A stretch of DNA of 64,000 bases from Candidatus Methylomirabilota bacterium (GTDB lineage Bacteria > Methylomirabilota > Methylomirabilia > Rokubacteriales > CSP1-6): assembly GCA_035936835.1 (NCBI GenBank), contig DASYVT010000215.1, positions 27,394-91,393 of the forward strand. The letters are read 5' to 3'. Numbering within the stretch: the first letter of the stretch is position 1; each line of letters begins with the position of its first letter. This document shows, one piece after another, positions 36,741-47,058 of this stretch. The notes under the pieces were generated by a model. That model saw nothing but the letters and a program-made list of their open reading frames with translations, did not search any database and was not told where the DNA came from. The translations under genes were made by a program, and so were the position numbers.

Positions 36741-37520
36741 ATGACCTACGAAGCGATCCGTCTCGAGCACGCCGACGGCGTGTCCACGATCACGCTCAAC
36801 CGCCCGCCGGTCAACGCGGTATCGCCGACGCTCATGCGGGATGTGCTGGCGGCGGCGGATGAGCTCGAGGCCCGGGACGCCACCCGGTGCATCGTGCTCA
36901 CCGGTTCGGGCACCAAGGCGTTCTCCGCCGGCGCCGATCTCTCCAGTGGCCCGCCCGCCGCCGACGAGGCGGTCCGCTTCCGCGAGCTGGGACGCAAAGT
37001 GGTCGACCGGCTGGAGACGATTCCCAAGCCGGTCATCGCGGCCATCCGCGGATGGTGCATCGGCGGCGGCTTCGCCATCGCCATGGCCTGTGACGTGCGC
37101 CTGGCCTCCTCAACGGCGAAGTTCCGCACCGGCGACGCGTACATCGGCGTCGTGCCGAGCTGGGGGATGAGCCTTGTCCGCCTCGCGCACTACATCGGGC
37201 GCAATCGCACGTTCGATATGCTGATGCTCGGCGAGGACATGAATGCGGAGGAGGCGCGTGACATCGGGCTCGTCTCGCGCGTGATCCCGGATGCGGGGTT
37301 CGATGCGGAGGTCGCGCGCCTCGCGACGCGCGTGGCGGGCGGGGCGCCGATCACGTTCCGGTCGGTCAAGGAGACGGTGCGCGCGCAGTACTGGCTGACG
37401 CCGGAAGCGGCGCAGGAGCTGGAGACGCGCTGGGCGGAGATCGGGAGCGCGTCGGACGACTTTCGCGAAGGCGTGGCGGCATTCCGCGAGAAGCGGGCGC
37501 CCCTGTTCAAGGGACGCTGA
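36741..37520 (+). CDS. Enoyl-CoA hydratase/isomerase (crotonase family)
   Basis: Crotonase fold (AAIRGWCIGGGFAIAMACD). Confidence 0.85.
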   Translation: MTYEAIRLEHADGVSTITLNRPPVNAVSPTLMRDVLAAADELEARDATRCIVLTGSGTKAFSAGADLSSGPPAADEAVRFRELGRKVVDRLETIPKPVIAAIRGWCIGGGFAIAMACDVRLASSTAKFRTGDAYIGVVPSWGMSLVRLAHYIGRNRTFDMLMLGEDMNAEEARDIGLVSRVIPDAGFDAEVARLATRVAGGAPITFRSVKETVRAQYWLTPEAAQELETRWAEIGSASDDFREGVAAFREKRAPLFKGR

Positions 37521-37542
37521 CGTTCGGCATGCCGGCCTTCGT

Positions 37543-39726
37543 GTGAGGACTGCGCCGGCGCTGCACACCTCGGCGCTGAGCGGCGCGCGCGCGACGCCGC
37601 GCGTGGACATCGACCGCATCCTGCATCCGCGCTCGGTGGCGGTCTTCGGCGCCTCGGACAGCAAGGACAAGTTCGGCGGGCGCATCATGCACTTCCTGGT
37701 GCACCACGGCTTCGCGGGCGAGATCTATCCGATCAACCCGCGACGCAGCGACGTGGTCAGGCGCAAGGCCTACCCGTCGATCGCCGACGCGCCGGCGCCA
37801 CCGGACGTCGCCATCCTCGCCGTGCCGGCCGACGCGCTGGTACCGAGCGTGACCGAGGCGGCGGAGGCGGGGGTCGGCTGCTGCGTCATCATCTCCACCG
37901 GCTTCGCGGAGGCGGGCGAAGAGGGCCGCGCGCGTCAGGCCGCGCTCGTGGACATCGCGCGCCGCACCGGCACGCGCCTCGTCGGGCCGAACTGCATGGG
38001 CCTCATCGTGCCCCACCATCACCTGGCGCTCTGCTCCTCGGTGGTGCTCGACACCGACCGCCTCAGGGACGGCGGCATCGGCCTCGTGAGCCAGAGCGGC
38101 GCGCTCATGGTGTCGATCTTCGACCGCGCCGCCGAGGACGGGATCGGCTTCCGTCACTGCGTGTCGCTCGGCAACCAGGTCGACCTGGAGATCTGCGACT
38201 TCGTGGAGTACATGGTCGAGGATCCGGGCACCGAGGCCATCTGCGTGTACGTCGAGGGCCTCCTCGACGGCGCGCGCTTCCGGCGCTGCGCGGCGGGCGC
38301 GCGCCAGGCGGGCAAGCCGCTGCTCATCGTTAAGACCGGACGGACGGCGGCCGGAGTCGCCTCCGCGCGGTCGCACACGGCGAGCCTCGCCGGCTCCTTC
38401 GACGTGTTCGCGGCCGTGTGCCGGGAGGAGGGCGCCGTGATCGCCCGTGATCCCGACGACATGGTCCGGGCCGCGCATTTCCTGGTCCGGCATCGCCGGC
38501 CTCGCCACGGCGGCGTCGGCATCCTCTCGTCCTCGGGCGGCGCCGCCGGCATCGCCTGTGATCGCGTGAGCGAGCTCGGCCTGCCGCTCGCCGTGCTCTC
38601 CCTCGCCACGCGCGCCCAGCTCGACGAGCTCCTCCTGCCGCCGCAGGCGACCAACCCGATCGACCTCGGCGGGCGCCGGAAGCCCGAGGACGTCGAGATC
38701 GCGGGGGAGGCGGCGCGCATCCTGTTCGACGATCCCGACGTCGCCTACGGCCTGGCAATCCTGACCTCGATGCCGTTCTTCGCCAGGCGGACGAAGCTGA
38801 TCGGCGAGGCGGCGCAGGCCGCCGACAAGCCGGTGATGATGACGCTGACACCGGGGGCGGCCGCGAACGCGCCTCGCCAGGCGCTGCGCGACATCGGCCA
38901 ATTTTACTTCGACCGCGCCGAGGACGCGTTGCGCGTGCTCGCGCTTCTCGCCGAGCACGACGCCCTGCGGGCCGCGCCCGTGTCGGCACCGGCGCGACCC
39001 CCCGGGGTGCCGGCCGCCGGCGCGATGCGTGCCGTCGGCGCGGGGCCTCTCGCGGAGGCCGAGGTCAAGCGGCTGCTCGGCGTGTACGGCGTGAAGGTCG
39101 CGCGCGAAGCGGCGGCGCCCACCGCCGCCGCCGCCGGCGAGGCCGCTGCCGGCCTCGGCTTTCCCGTCGTCCTGAAGGCGATCTCCCGCGACATCGTGCA
39201 TAAGAGCGATGTGGGCGCGGTGCGGCTCGGCCTCGGCTCGGGCGACGCGGTGGCCACGGCCGCTCGCGAGATGGCCGCCGCCCTCGCGGACTCGGCGCCG
39301 AAGGCCCGGCTCGAGGGGTTCTCGGTGCAGGAGACAGTGGCGGGCGAGGCGGAGATCATCGTCGGCGCGCGGCGCGATCCGCAGTTCGGCCCCGTGGTGA
39401 TGGTCGGGCTCGGCGGCATCGCGGTGGAGATCCTGAAGGACGTTGCGCTGGCGCCGGCGCCGGTGAGCGGGGCGCGCGCGCGGGTCATGCTCGGCTCGCT
39501 CGCCGCCGCGCCGCTCCTGCGGGGCGCGCGCGGGCGGCCGCCGCTCGACCTCGACGCCGTCGTCGACGCCGTGGTGCGCGTCTCCTGGCTCGCGGCGGAC
39601 CTCGGCGCCCGGCTGGTCGATCTCGAGGTCAATCCGCTCATCGTGCGTCGGGCGAGGCAGGGAGCGGTCGCGGTGGACGGCCGCGGAACTCTCACGCACG
39701 ATCACACAGAGGAGCTCCCGACATGA
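37543..39726 (+). CDS. Acyl-CoA synthetase (NDP-forming), CoA-binding plus ATP-grasp domains
   Basis: CoA-binding N-terminus RSVAVFGASDSKDKFGG...YPINP and a C-terminal ATP-grasp. It uses a GTG start and the true start is uncertain. Confidence 0.75.
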   Translation: MRTAPALHTSALSGARATPRVDIDRILHPRSVAVFGASDSKDKFGGRIMHFLVHHGFAGEIYPINPRRSDVVRRKAYPSIADAPAPPDVAILAVPADALVPSVTEAAEAGVGCCVIISTGFAEAGEEGRARQAALVDIARRTGTRLVGPNCMGLIVPHHHLALCSSVVLDTDRLRDGGIGLVSQSGALMVSIFDRAAEDGIGFRHCVSLGNQVDLEICDFVEYMVEDPGTEAICVYVEGLLDGARFRRCAAGARQAGKPLLIVKTGRTAAGVASARSHTASLAGSFDVFAAVCREEGAVIARDPDDMVRAAHFLVRHRRPRHGGVGILSSSGGAAGIACDRVSELGLPLAVLSLATRAQLDELLLPPQATNPIDLGGRRKPEDVEIAGEAARILFDDPDVAYGLAILTSMPFFARRTKLIGEAAQAADKPVMMTLTPGAAANAPRQALRDIGQFYFDRAEDALRVLALLAEHDALRAAPVSAPARPPGVPAAGAMRAVGAGPLAEAEVKRLLGVYGVKVAREAAAPTAAAAGEAAAGLGFPVVLKAISRDIVHKSDVGAVRLGLGSGDAVATAAREMAAALADSAPKARLEGFSVQETVAGEAEIIVGARRDPQFGPVVMVGLGGIAVEILKDVALAPAPVSGARARVMLGSLAAAPLLRGARGRPPLDLDAVVDAVVRVSWLAADLGARLVDLEVNPLIVRRARQGAVAVDGRGTLTHDHTEELPT

Positions 39727-41228
39727 GCTGGAAGCGAATCCTGACGGCCGTGGTCGCGACGATGCTGCTCGCGACCGTCCCCGCCTCCGCACAGAACGTG
39801 CTGCGGATCGGGCTCAACGACGACCCCGACGCGCTCGATCCGACCATCAGCCGCGCGTACGTCGGCCGCCTCGTTTTCGCCGCGCTCTGCGACAAGCTGT
39901 TCGACGTCACGCCGGACCTCAAGATCGTCCCGCAGCTCGCCACCGGCTACGAGTGGGCGCCCGACAGCCGCTCGGTGGTGCTCAAGCTGCGCTCCGGCGT
40001 CAAGTTCCACGACGGCGAGCCCTTTAACGCCGAGGCGGTGCGCTTCAACATCGAGCGCCATCTGACCACGCCCGGCTCGTTCCGCAAGCCGGAGATCGGC
40101 GATATCACGAACGTCGACGTGCTCAACAACCTTACGGTCCGGATCAACCTCTCGCAGCCGCTGGTGCCGCTGCTGGCCGCCCTGACCGACCGCGCGGGCA
40201 TGATGGTGTCGCCGAAGGCGGCCAAGGAGCTCGGGGACAAGTTCGGCACCCGCCCCGTGTGCGCGGGGCCGTTCAAGTTCGTCGAGCGCGTGGCGCAGGG
40301 CAGGATCGTGCTCGAGCGCTTCGCAGACTACTGGGACAAGTCCAGCATCCGTCTCGACCGCGTCGAGTTCGTGCCGATCACCGATTCGACCTCGCGCCTC
40401 GCCAGCCTGCGCTCGGGCGACTTGCACATGATCGAGCGCGTGTCGCCGACCGATCTCGGTGAGATCCGCGCCGACAGCCGGCTCAAGGTGGTCGGCGTGC
40501 CCGAGCTCGGCTACCAGGTGATCCCGTTCAACGTGAACAACGGCCCGAAGAGCAAGACGCTGGCAGACGTGCGCGTCCGGCAGGCGATCGACCTCGCCAT
40601 CGACCGCGAGACGATCGTCAAGACAGTGTTCAACAACGAGTACATTCCCGGCAACCAGTGGGTCAGCCCGTCTAGCTTCTATTACAACGCCAAGCTCACC
40701 GTGAGGACACGGGACGTCGCGAAGGCCCGGCAGCTGCTGCGCGAGGCCGGCCAGCCGACTCTCACCTTCACGCTCATCCTGCCGCCGGAGCGCGACCGCC
40801 AGGAAGCGGCGCTCATCATTCAGGCCATGCTCGCCGAGGCGGGCATCACGATGAAGCTCCAGACGCAGGAAAACGTCACCATGCTCACGGCCGGCCGCCA
40901 CGGTGACTTCGAGGCGTACTTCACGTTCTGGAGCGGCCGGCCGGACCCCGACGGCAACGTCTTCACCCACACCACGTGCAAGGGCGCCCAGAACGACTCG
41001 CACTGGTGCAACGCGGACTTCGACGCGCTCGTGACCAAGGCGCGGCACGTGGCCGATCCCGCCGAGCGCAAGAAGCTTTACGACCAGGCCACCGAAATAC
41101 TCCTAAAGGAGGTGCCGCGCCTGCACCTATGGCACCGGCGCGTGTTCACCGGCTTCAGCGCGCGCGTGCAGGGCTTCACGCCGCACCCCGACGGGATCAT
41201 CCGCCTCCGCGGGCTGACCCTGAACTGA
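39723..41228 (+). CDS. ABC transporter substrate-binding protein, family 5
   Basis: Signal peptide and SBP_bac_5 pattern. The start overlaps the upstream gene by 4 nt. Confidence 0.85.
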   Translation: MSWKRILTAVVATMLLATVPASAQNVLRIGLNDDPDALDPTISRAYVGRLVFAALCDKLFDVTPDLKIVPQLATGYEWAPDSRSVVLKLRSGVKFHDGEPFNAEAVRFNIERHLTTPGSFRKPEIGDITNVDVLNNLTVRINLSQPLVPLLAALTDRAGMMVSPKAAKELGDKFGTRPVCAGPFKFVERVAQGRIVLERFADYWDKSSIRLDRVEFVPITDSTSRLASLRSGDLHMIERVSPTDLGEIRADSRLKVVGVPELGYQVIPFNVNNGPKSKTLADVRVRQAIDLAIDRETIVKTVFNNEYIPGNQWVSPSSFYYNAKLTVRTRDVAKARQLLREAGQPTLTFTLILPPERDRQEAALIIQAMLAEAGITMKLQTQENVTMLTAGRHGDFEAYFTFWSGRPDPDGNVFTHTTCKGAQNDSHWCNADFDALVTKARHVADPAERKKLYDQATEILLKEVPRLHLWHRRVFTGFSARVQGFTPHPDGIIRLRGLTLN

Positions 41229-41244
41229 GGCCCGACGGCCGGCG

Positions 41245-42198
41245 ATGACGCTCTGGCTCTACATCGCGCGCCGGCTGGCCGTGCTCGTCCCCACGCTGCT
41301 CGTCGTGTCCGTGCTGATCTTCTCGCTCCAGCAGCTGCTGCCGGGCGATCCGGCGCTGGCGCTGGCGGGTGAGGAGCACGACGCGGCCGTGGTGGCGGCG
41401 ATCCGCGCGAGGTACCATCTCGACCGCCCGCTCGCCGTGCAGTACGGGATCTGGATCGGCAATGTCCTGCGCGGCGACTTCGGCGAGTCGCTGCGCAACC
41501 GCATCCCCGTCGCCGAGCTGCTCGCGAGCAAGCTGCCGGTGACGGTAGAGCTCGCGATCTGCTCGATGCTGATAGCGCTCGTTATCGGGCTGCCCGCCGG
41601 CATCGTGTCCGCCGCGCGCAAGGGCACTGCCGTCGACGCCGCCGCCAACCTGGTCGCTCTGTCCGGGCTGTCGGTGCCGCATTTCTGGCTCGGCATCATG
41701 CTGATCCTGCTCTTCGCCGTGCGCCTGGGCTGGCTGCCGGCCTCCGGCTACGTGCCGCCATGGGAGAGCCTGTCGCGGAACTTCCTGACGATCCTGCTGC
41801 CCTCGTTCGTGCTCGGCACCGGCGTGGCCGGCGTGATGATGCGCCACACGCGCAGCGCCATGCTGCAGACGCTCGACGCCGACTACGTGCGAACGGCGCG
41901 GGCCAAGGGCGTCCCCGAGCGGCTGGTCGTGCTCAAGCATGCGCTCCGGAACGCGCTGATCCCGGTCATCACGCTTGGCGCCATCGAGTTCGGGCGCCTG
42001 CTGTCGGGCGCCGTGCTGACCGAGCAGATCTTCGCGATCCCCGGGTTCGGCAAGCTGCTCGTGGACGGCGTGTTCAACCGCGATTACGCTGTCGTGCAGG
42101 CGGTCGTCCTCGTCTCCGCGAGCCTCTACCTGGTCCTAAACCTGCTCGCAGACATCCTCTACTTCGTCGTCAACCCTCGCCTGCGGGGCACAGCGTGA
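41245..42198 (+). CDS. ABC transporter permease (DppB-like)
   Basis: EAA loop YVRTARAKGVPERLVVLKHALRNALIP. Confidence 0.85.
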   Translation: MTLWLYIARRLAVLVPTLLVVSVLIFSLQQLLPGDPALALAGEEHDAAVVAAIRARYHLDRPLAVQYGIWIGNVLRGDFGESLRNRIPVAELLASKLPVTVELAICSMLIALVIGLPAGIVSAARKGTAVDAAANLVALSGLSVPHFWLGIMLILLFAVRLGWLPASGYVPPWESLSRNFLTILLPSFVLGTGVAGVMMRHTRSAMLQTLDADYVRTARAKGVPERLVVLKHALRNALIPVITLGAIEFGRLLSGAVLTEQIFAIPGFGKLLVDGVFNRDYAVVQAVVLVSASLYLVLNLLADILYFVVNPRLRGTA

Positions 42199-43073
42199 CG
42201 GACGCCACCGGCGTCGTCGCGGCGCCGGCCGTGCAGGACACCCGGCGATATCACGCGCTCAAGCGCCTGGCGCGCCGGCCGGCGGCGGTGATCGCCGCGC
42301 TGGTCGTGCTGGGCTTCATCGTCATGGCGGTCGGCGCTCCGCAGATCGCGCCGTTCGACCCCATCACGCCCAACTTCCTCGCCGTGCGCAAGCCGCCGTC
42401 GAGCCTCTACCGGCTCGGCACGGATGAAGTCGGCCGCGACGTGCTCTCGCGCCTCATTTGGGGCGCGCGCGCCTCACTCCTGGCCGGGGTCATACCGGTC
42501 GGCATCGCGCTCGCCGTCAGCATTCCGCTCGGGCTGCTGTCGGGATACGCCGGTGGCTGGGTCGATGGGGTTATCATGCGCATCGTCGACGCGATGCTGG
42601 CCATCCCATTTTTGATCGTGGCCATCGCGCTGGCCGCCTTTCTGGGGCCGAGCCTCACCAACGCGATGATCGCGATCGGGATCGCCGCGCTGCCGACGTT
42701 CCTTCGGCTGGCGCGCGGCACCGTGCTCACGATCAAGACGGAGGAGTACGTCGAGTCGGCGCGTGCCCTCGGCTGCTCGGCGCACCGCATCGCCACGCGT
42801 CACATCTTCCCCAACATGCTGCCGCCGATCTTCATCCAGTCGTCCATCACGGTGGCGGCGGCGATCATCGCCGAGGCGAGCCTGTCGTTCCTCGGGCTCG
42901 GCCAGCAGCCGCCTGCGCCATCGTGGGGCTCCATGCTCAACACGGCTCAGCGCTACCTCTCGCAGGCGCCGTGGATGGCCCTCTACCCGGGGCTCATGAT
43001 CTTTGTCATCGTCATGGCCCTCAATGTCCTTGGCGACGGGCTGCGCGACGCCCTCGACCCGCGACACCAGTGA
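42195..43073 (+). CDS. ABC transporter permease (DppC-like)
   Basis: GTG start. EAA loop ESARALGCSAHRIATRHIFPN. Confidence 0.85.
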   Translation: MTDATGVVAAPAVQDTRRYHALKRLARRPAAVIAALVVLGFIVMAVGAPQIAPFDPITPNFLAVRKPPSSLYRLGTDEVGRDVLSRLIWGARASLLAGVIPVGIALAVSIPLGLLSGYAGGWVDGVIMRIVDAMLAIPFLIVAIALAAFLGPSLTNAMIAIGIAALPTFLRLARGTVLTIKTEEYVESARALGCSAHRIATRHIFPNMLPPIFIQSSITVAAAIIAEASLSFLGLGQQPPAPSWGSMLNTAQRYLSQAPWMALYPGLMIFVIVMALNVLGDGLRDALDPRHQ

Positions 43074-43119
43074 CCAAGGCGTCCTCACCGACGAGCTCGA
43101 TCTGGATGAAGCCGTCGAC
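43051..43119 (+). repeat. Segmental duplicate partner of 34782-34851 (the dppC 3' end plus downstream region)
   Basis: See the feature at 34782-34851. In this copy the ATG that starts TauD in the other copy is ACG. Confidence 0.6.
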
Positions 43120-43196
43120 CGGTCGGCGCACGTTGATCCCCTCCGCGCGAAGGCTTATGCTGTGCGGGCTGGTCACTCCTTCGGCGAAGGTGGCGC

Positions 43197-44261
43197 ATGC
43201 GATTCGGCTGGTTGACGCTCGGGCTTTCCCCCTCTCCCGAAGGAGACTACGCCGCGATCCTCGAGCAGCTCTCGCAGGCGTGCTTCGCGGAGACGGCGGG
43301 CTTCGACGGCATCTGGCTCACCGAGCACAACTTCACGGGCGAGAGCGTCTACTGCGATCCCATCCCGTTCGCCAGCGTCGTGGCCGCGCGCACGTCGCGG
43401 ATCCGGATCGGCTTCGCTGTGATCCAGCTCGCCCTGCGCCACCCGATCCGTCTCGCGACCCAGCTCGCGCTCCTCGATAACCTCTCCGACGGCCGGCTCG
43501 ACGTCGGCGTCGGGCACGGGACCAACTACAACGAGTACGAATTCGTCGGCTACGGGCTCCGGAGCGACGACAGCCGGGCGCGGATGGAGGAGACGCTCGA
43601 CGTGATGATCCGCGCGTGGACGGAGGCGCCGCTGGTCCACGAGGGGAAGTTCTACCAGCTCCGCCTGCCCGCGCTCCGCCCGCGTCCTCGGCAGCGGCCG
43701 CACCCGCCGATCTGGCGCAGCGTCTCGTCCGCGGGCTCGGTGCGCGAGTGCGGCCGGCTCGGCGCGCCGATCATGACGGCGCGCATCCCGCTCTCGACCG
43801 TGCCGGAGCGGCTCGCGCTCTACGAGGCCGGTCTCGCCGAAAGCGGCCTCGACGCCACTGCGCAGCGGCGGCTCCGAGAGCAGGCGGCGGTGTGGCGCTT
43901 CGTCCACGTCGCCGAGAGCCACGCGCAGGCCGAGGACGAGCTCGCTGCGGCGCTCCGGGAGACGCGCCGGCACATGATCCTTGCCCGCGTGACGCACAAT
44001 CCCGCCGACTTCCACGTCCCCACATCGCGCGTCAACCCGTGGAACGATCCGCTCGTCTCCGACGAAGACGGCGTCCGATACGCGCTCGAAGCCGCTACGC
44101 TCTACGGCACCGCGCGGCGTGTCGCCGATCAGGTGGCCGAGATGAGGGACGCGGGCGTGCATCACATCTTCTGCCAGATGTCCTACGGCTACCTACCACA
44201 CGCGACAATCATGGAGTCCATGCGGCGCTTCGGCGAGCACGTCATGCCGAAGTTCCGCTGA
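43197..44261 (+). CDS. LLM class flavin-dependent oxidoreductase (luciferase-like monooxygenase)
   Basis: N-terminus FDGIWLTEHNF and LLM fold motifs. Confidence 0.8.
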   Translation: MRFGWLTLGLSPSPEGDYAAILEQLSQACFAETAGFDGIWLTEHNFTGESVYCDPIPFASVVAARTSRIRIGFAVIQLALRHPIRLATQLALLDNLSDGRLDVGVGHGTNYNEYEFVGYGLRSDDSRARMEETLDVMIRAWTEAPLVHEGKFYQLRLPALRPRPRQRPHPPIWRSVSSAGSVRECGRLGAPIMTARIPLSTVPERLALYEAGLAESGLDATAQRRLREQAAVWRFVHVAESHAQAEDELAAALRETRRHMILARVTHNPADFHVPTSRVNPWNDPLVSDEDGVRYALEAATLYGTARRVADQVAEMRDAGVHHIFCQMSYGYLPHATIMESMRRFGEHVMPKFR

Positions 44262-45760
44262 CCGAGGTTCTGTTTACTTATTAACCCGCATTTTCATTTT
44301 GAAAGGCGAACGGATCGGACCATAATCGCGTAACACCCGCAAGAAATGCGGCTCGCGGCGGCTCCTCGCTGGTCCGGAGGGCATCATCCAGTGGGTGACG
44401 CGACATCTGGCCCGGTTCGCCTCTCGTTCAATCCCCAACTTCGCGTCGAATTCCAGGGCGCCACGGTCACCTCAGACGCAGGGCTGTTACTGCCGCGTGA
44501 GTTGGACGAGCGCCTCGGCCTGAACATGCTGATTGAGCGGCACCTCACGGATCCGCGCACCGGACACAACCGCCAATTTCCTGTATCGGACCTTTTCCGC
44601 CAGTCCATCTACAGCCGCTTGGCGGGCTACGAGGACACTAACGACGCCGAGCGGCTGGCCGAGGACCCGACGTTTCGGATGCTGGCCTCGCGCGAGCGGC
44701 GGGACACGAGCGTCGCGCTCACCTCGACGCTCCACTGGTTCGAAACGGACGTCCTCACAGAGGAACGAAACTACCAAGGACTTGCCCACCTCAACATGGC
44801 ACTGATCCAGCATGCTTCGACGCGATCATCGAACCGGCTGGTAACGCTCGATATCGACAGCTCCGAGAGTCCAGTCCACGGGGCGCAAGAGCAGTCCACC
44901 TACAATGGCCATTTCGAGTCCGTCTGCTACCATCCCCTGTTCGTCTTCAACCCGGACGGCGACTGCCTCGCTGCCAAGCTCCGGCCGGGCAACGTCCCCA
45001 GTGCGCACGGGTGGGACGACGTGCTCCTCCCCATCATTGACCGGTACCACACGCACGGCCAGACCGTCGTCGTCCGCGCGGACGCAGCGTTCGCCTTGCC
45101 CGCCCTCTATGAGGCGCTGGAACGCCGCGGGGTGAAGTACGCGATCCGCCTGCCGGCCAATGACGTGCTCGAGCGCGCATCGAGGATCTGCTCACGCGGC
45201 CCCGCGGCCGACCGAGCCACGCGCCGCTGGTCCGCTATCGGAGCTTCGAGTATCAGGCGGCGTCGTGGGACCGGCCGCGGCGCGTGATCGCCAAGATCGA
45301 GCATCACGTCGGCGAACTGTTTCCCCGGGTGGGCTTCATCGTCACGACGCTCACGGGGACGAACCGGGCGGTCGTCCGCTTCTACAACCAGCGCGGGACG
45401 GCGGAGTAGTGGATCAAGAAGGGTAAGGAAGCCCTCCACTGGACCCGGCTCTCCTGTCACCGGTTCCGGGCCAACGAGGTCCGCCTGCTCCTCGGCGTGA
45501 TCGGCTACAACCTCGGCAATCTGCTCCGCCGGCTGGTCTTGCCGCTCGCCATCCAGAGTTGGTCCCTGACGAGCCTGCAGCAACGGCTCTTCAAGACCGG
45601 TGGCCGCCTCATTCGGCATGCCCGATACTTCGTCCTGCAGCTGGCCGAGAGCTACTTGACATCGACGCTCTTTCGGCAAATCCTTGGGCGCATCGCGCGA
45701 CTCGGGTGGCACCCGACGTGATCGGGCGGACGGCTCAGACGGGGAGCCGGATCGGCGCCG
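44262..45760 (+). mobile_element. Degenerate IS1380-like (IS4-superfamily DDE) insertion sequence, boundaries approximate
   Basis: It holds a transposase pseudogene. The sequences flanking the transposase on both sides are AT-rich. No clean terminal inverted repeats were found. Confidence 0.5.
44346..45721 (+). pseudogene. IS1380-family DDE transposase, inactivated by a 1 nt deletion near 45175 and an in-frame TAG (TAG in place of the CAG seen in intact homologues, giving AE*WIKKGK)
   Basis: N-terminus QGATVTSDAGLLLPRELDERLGL...RLAGYEDTNDAERL. The C-terminus continues in another frame as EDLLTRPRGRPSHAPLVRYRSFEYQAASWDRPRRV...GELFPRVGFIVTTL...RFYNQRGTAE*WIKKGK...RLSCHRF. Confidence 0.7.
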
Positions 45761-45972
45761 GCGGGGGTGTCCCTCCGGTGGGTGGTCACGGGCAGCGAGT
45801 GTTCCGAGGATGGGGGATCGGCGCGCAGGCGCCCCGAGAACGACCCGTGTCACCCGTTGCGGAGGCCCTGCAATGGTGGATCGAGCGTTCCGTCGCCACT
45901 CGGCAGTGGGAGACCAAGGGGAAAATCAGTCCATATCGCAAATCCCAGTTAAAACCACGAATGGAGACGATC

Positions 45973-46884
45973 ATGCTGTGGGTTAAAACGTTCCGGCTGG
46001 CCGTCATCATCGTGATCATCGGTGGCCTCCTCATGCCAGCGCGTGCTGCCGAGTCGCCGCAGACGCGTCAACTGCGTGTGAATGGCGCCGACCTCTCCTA
46101 CCTCGACGAGGGTACGGGCGCTCCAGTCGTCTTTGTGCACGGCAGCTTCGCCGACCTGCGCTTCTGGGAGCCGCAACGCCAAGCGATTGCGCAGCAGTAC
46201 CGCTTCATTGCTTACACGCGGCGGTATCACGGCACGACCCCGTGGGCCGACGAAGGGGGAAACTATTCTGCAGCGACTCATGCCGCGGATCTTACCGCCT
46301 TCATTCGTCAGTTGAACGGCGGCACGGTCCACCTCGTCGCGCTCTCCTATGGCGGGCTTCTTGCCACCTTGGTGGCGTCGGAACACCCAGAACTCCTGCG
46401 CAGCGTCACGTTAGCGGAACCCATAATTGGAGCGCTCTTGGCAAACACCCCGGAAGGCAAGTCTGCGCTCGCCGACCAGGGTAAAACGGTGGCCGCGGTC
46501 GCCGGGGCAGTCAAGGCTGGAGATTCCGTACAGGCCAGCAAGCTGTTCTTTGAGGCGGCGAACAACCAAGGCGCCGGCGCCCTCGAAAAGCAGCCAGAGG
46601 CTATACGTCGGATGATCCTGGATAACGCCAGGACAGTCCCACTGATGATAGCCGCGCCTGCGGCGCCAGCGGTCTCCTGCGCCAGCCTTGGCGGCGTGAA
46701 GGTGCCGACCTTCGTCGTGGGTGGGGAGCAGACCGCGCGATTTTATTCTCTGATCAACGAGGAAGTCGTGCGGTGCACGCCCGGCAGCCGCATGGTGAGG
46801 ATTCCCCACGCCACGCACTGGATGTCCATGCAGAATCCAGCGGCATTCAACGAGGCGCTATTGCAGTTCCTGGCGCAGCATTGA
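45973..46884 (+). CDS. Secreted alpha/beta hydrolase fold protein
   Basis: Signal peptide, HG oxyanion motif VVFVHGSFAD and nucleophile elbow LSYGG. Confidence 0.7.
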   Translation: MLWVKTFRLAVIIVIIGGLLMPARAAESPQTRQLRVNGADLSYLDEGTGAPVVFVHGSFADLRFWEPQRQAIAQQYRFIAYTRRYHGTTPWADEGGNYSAATHAADLTAFIRQLNGGTVHLVALSYGGLLATLVASEHPELLRSVTLAEPIIGALLANTPEGKSALADQGKTVAAVAGAVKAGDSVQASKLFFEAANNQGAGALEKQPEAIRRMILDNARTVPLMIAAPAAPAVSCASLGGVKVPTFVVGGEQTARFYSLINEEVVRCTPGSRMVRIPHATHWMSMQNPAAFNEALLQFLAQH

Positions 46885-47058
46885 GCCGCAAAACGGCGCT
46901 TAATCCAGATGTGGAATTAAAGAAGAAGGTAGTTGATCGTGGAACAAAATTCGGCAATTCCCAGGTGCCACTCTCTTGAGCCAGGGCGGCGCTTGGCGCG
47001 GCCAGTAGAAGCAACGCAGCGATCAACAACGCCAATCCGCCATTAAAGGAGGAGTGTG

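Noticed and set aside
37507-41048. Large minus-strand ORFs (761 aa and 448 aa) antisense to the acyl-CoA synthetase and SBP genes
   Set aside because: No domain motifs were found and the composition is Arg/Gly/Ala/Pro-rich. They are opposite well-supported plus-strand genes.
44346-45721. Programmed ribosomal frameshift in the IS transposase
   Set aside because: IS1380-family transposases are single-ORF. The shift is a simple 1 nt loss within a conserved codon block (gca-(a)tc-gag) and is accompanied by an independent amber stop. Pseudogenisation is the better explanation.
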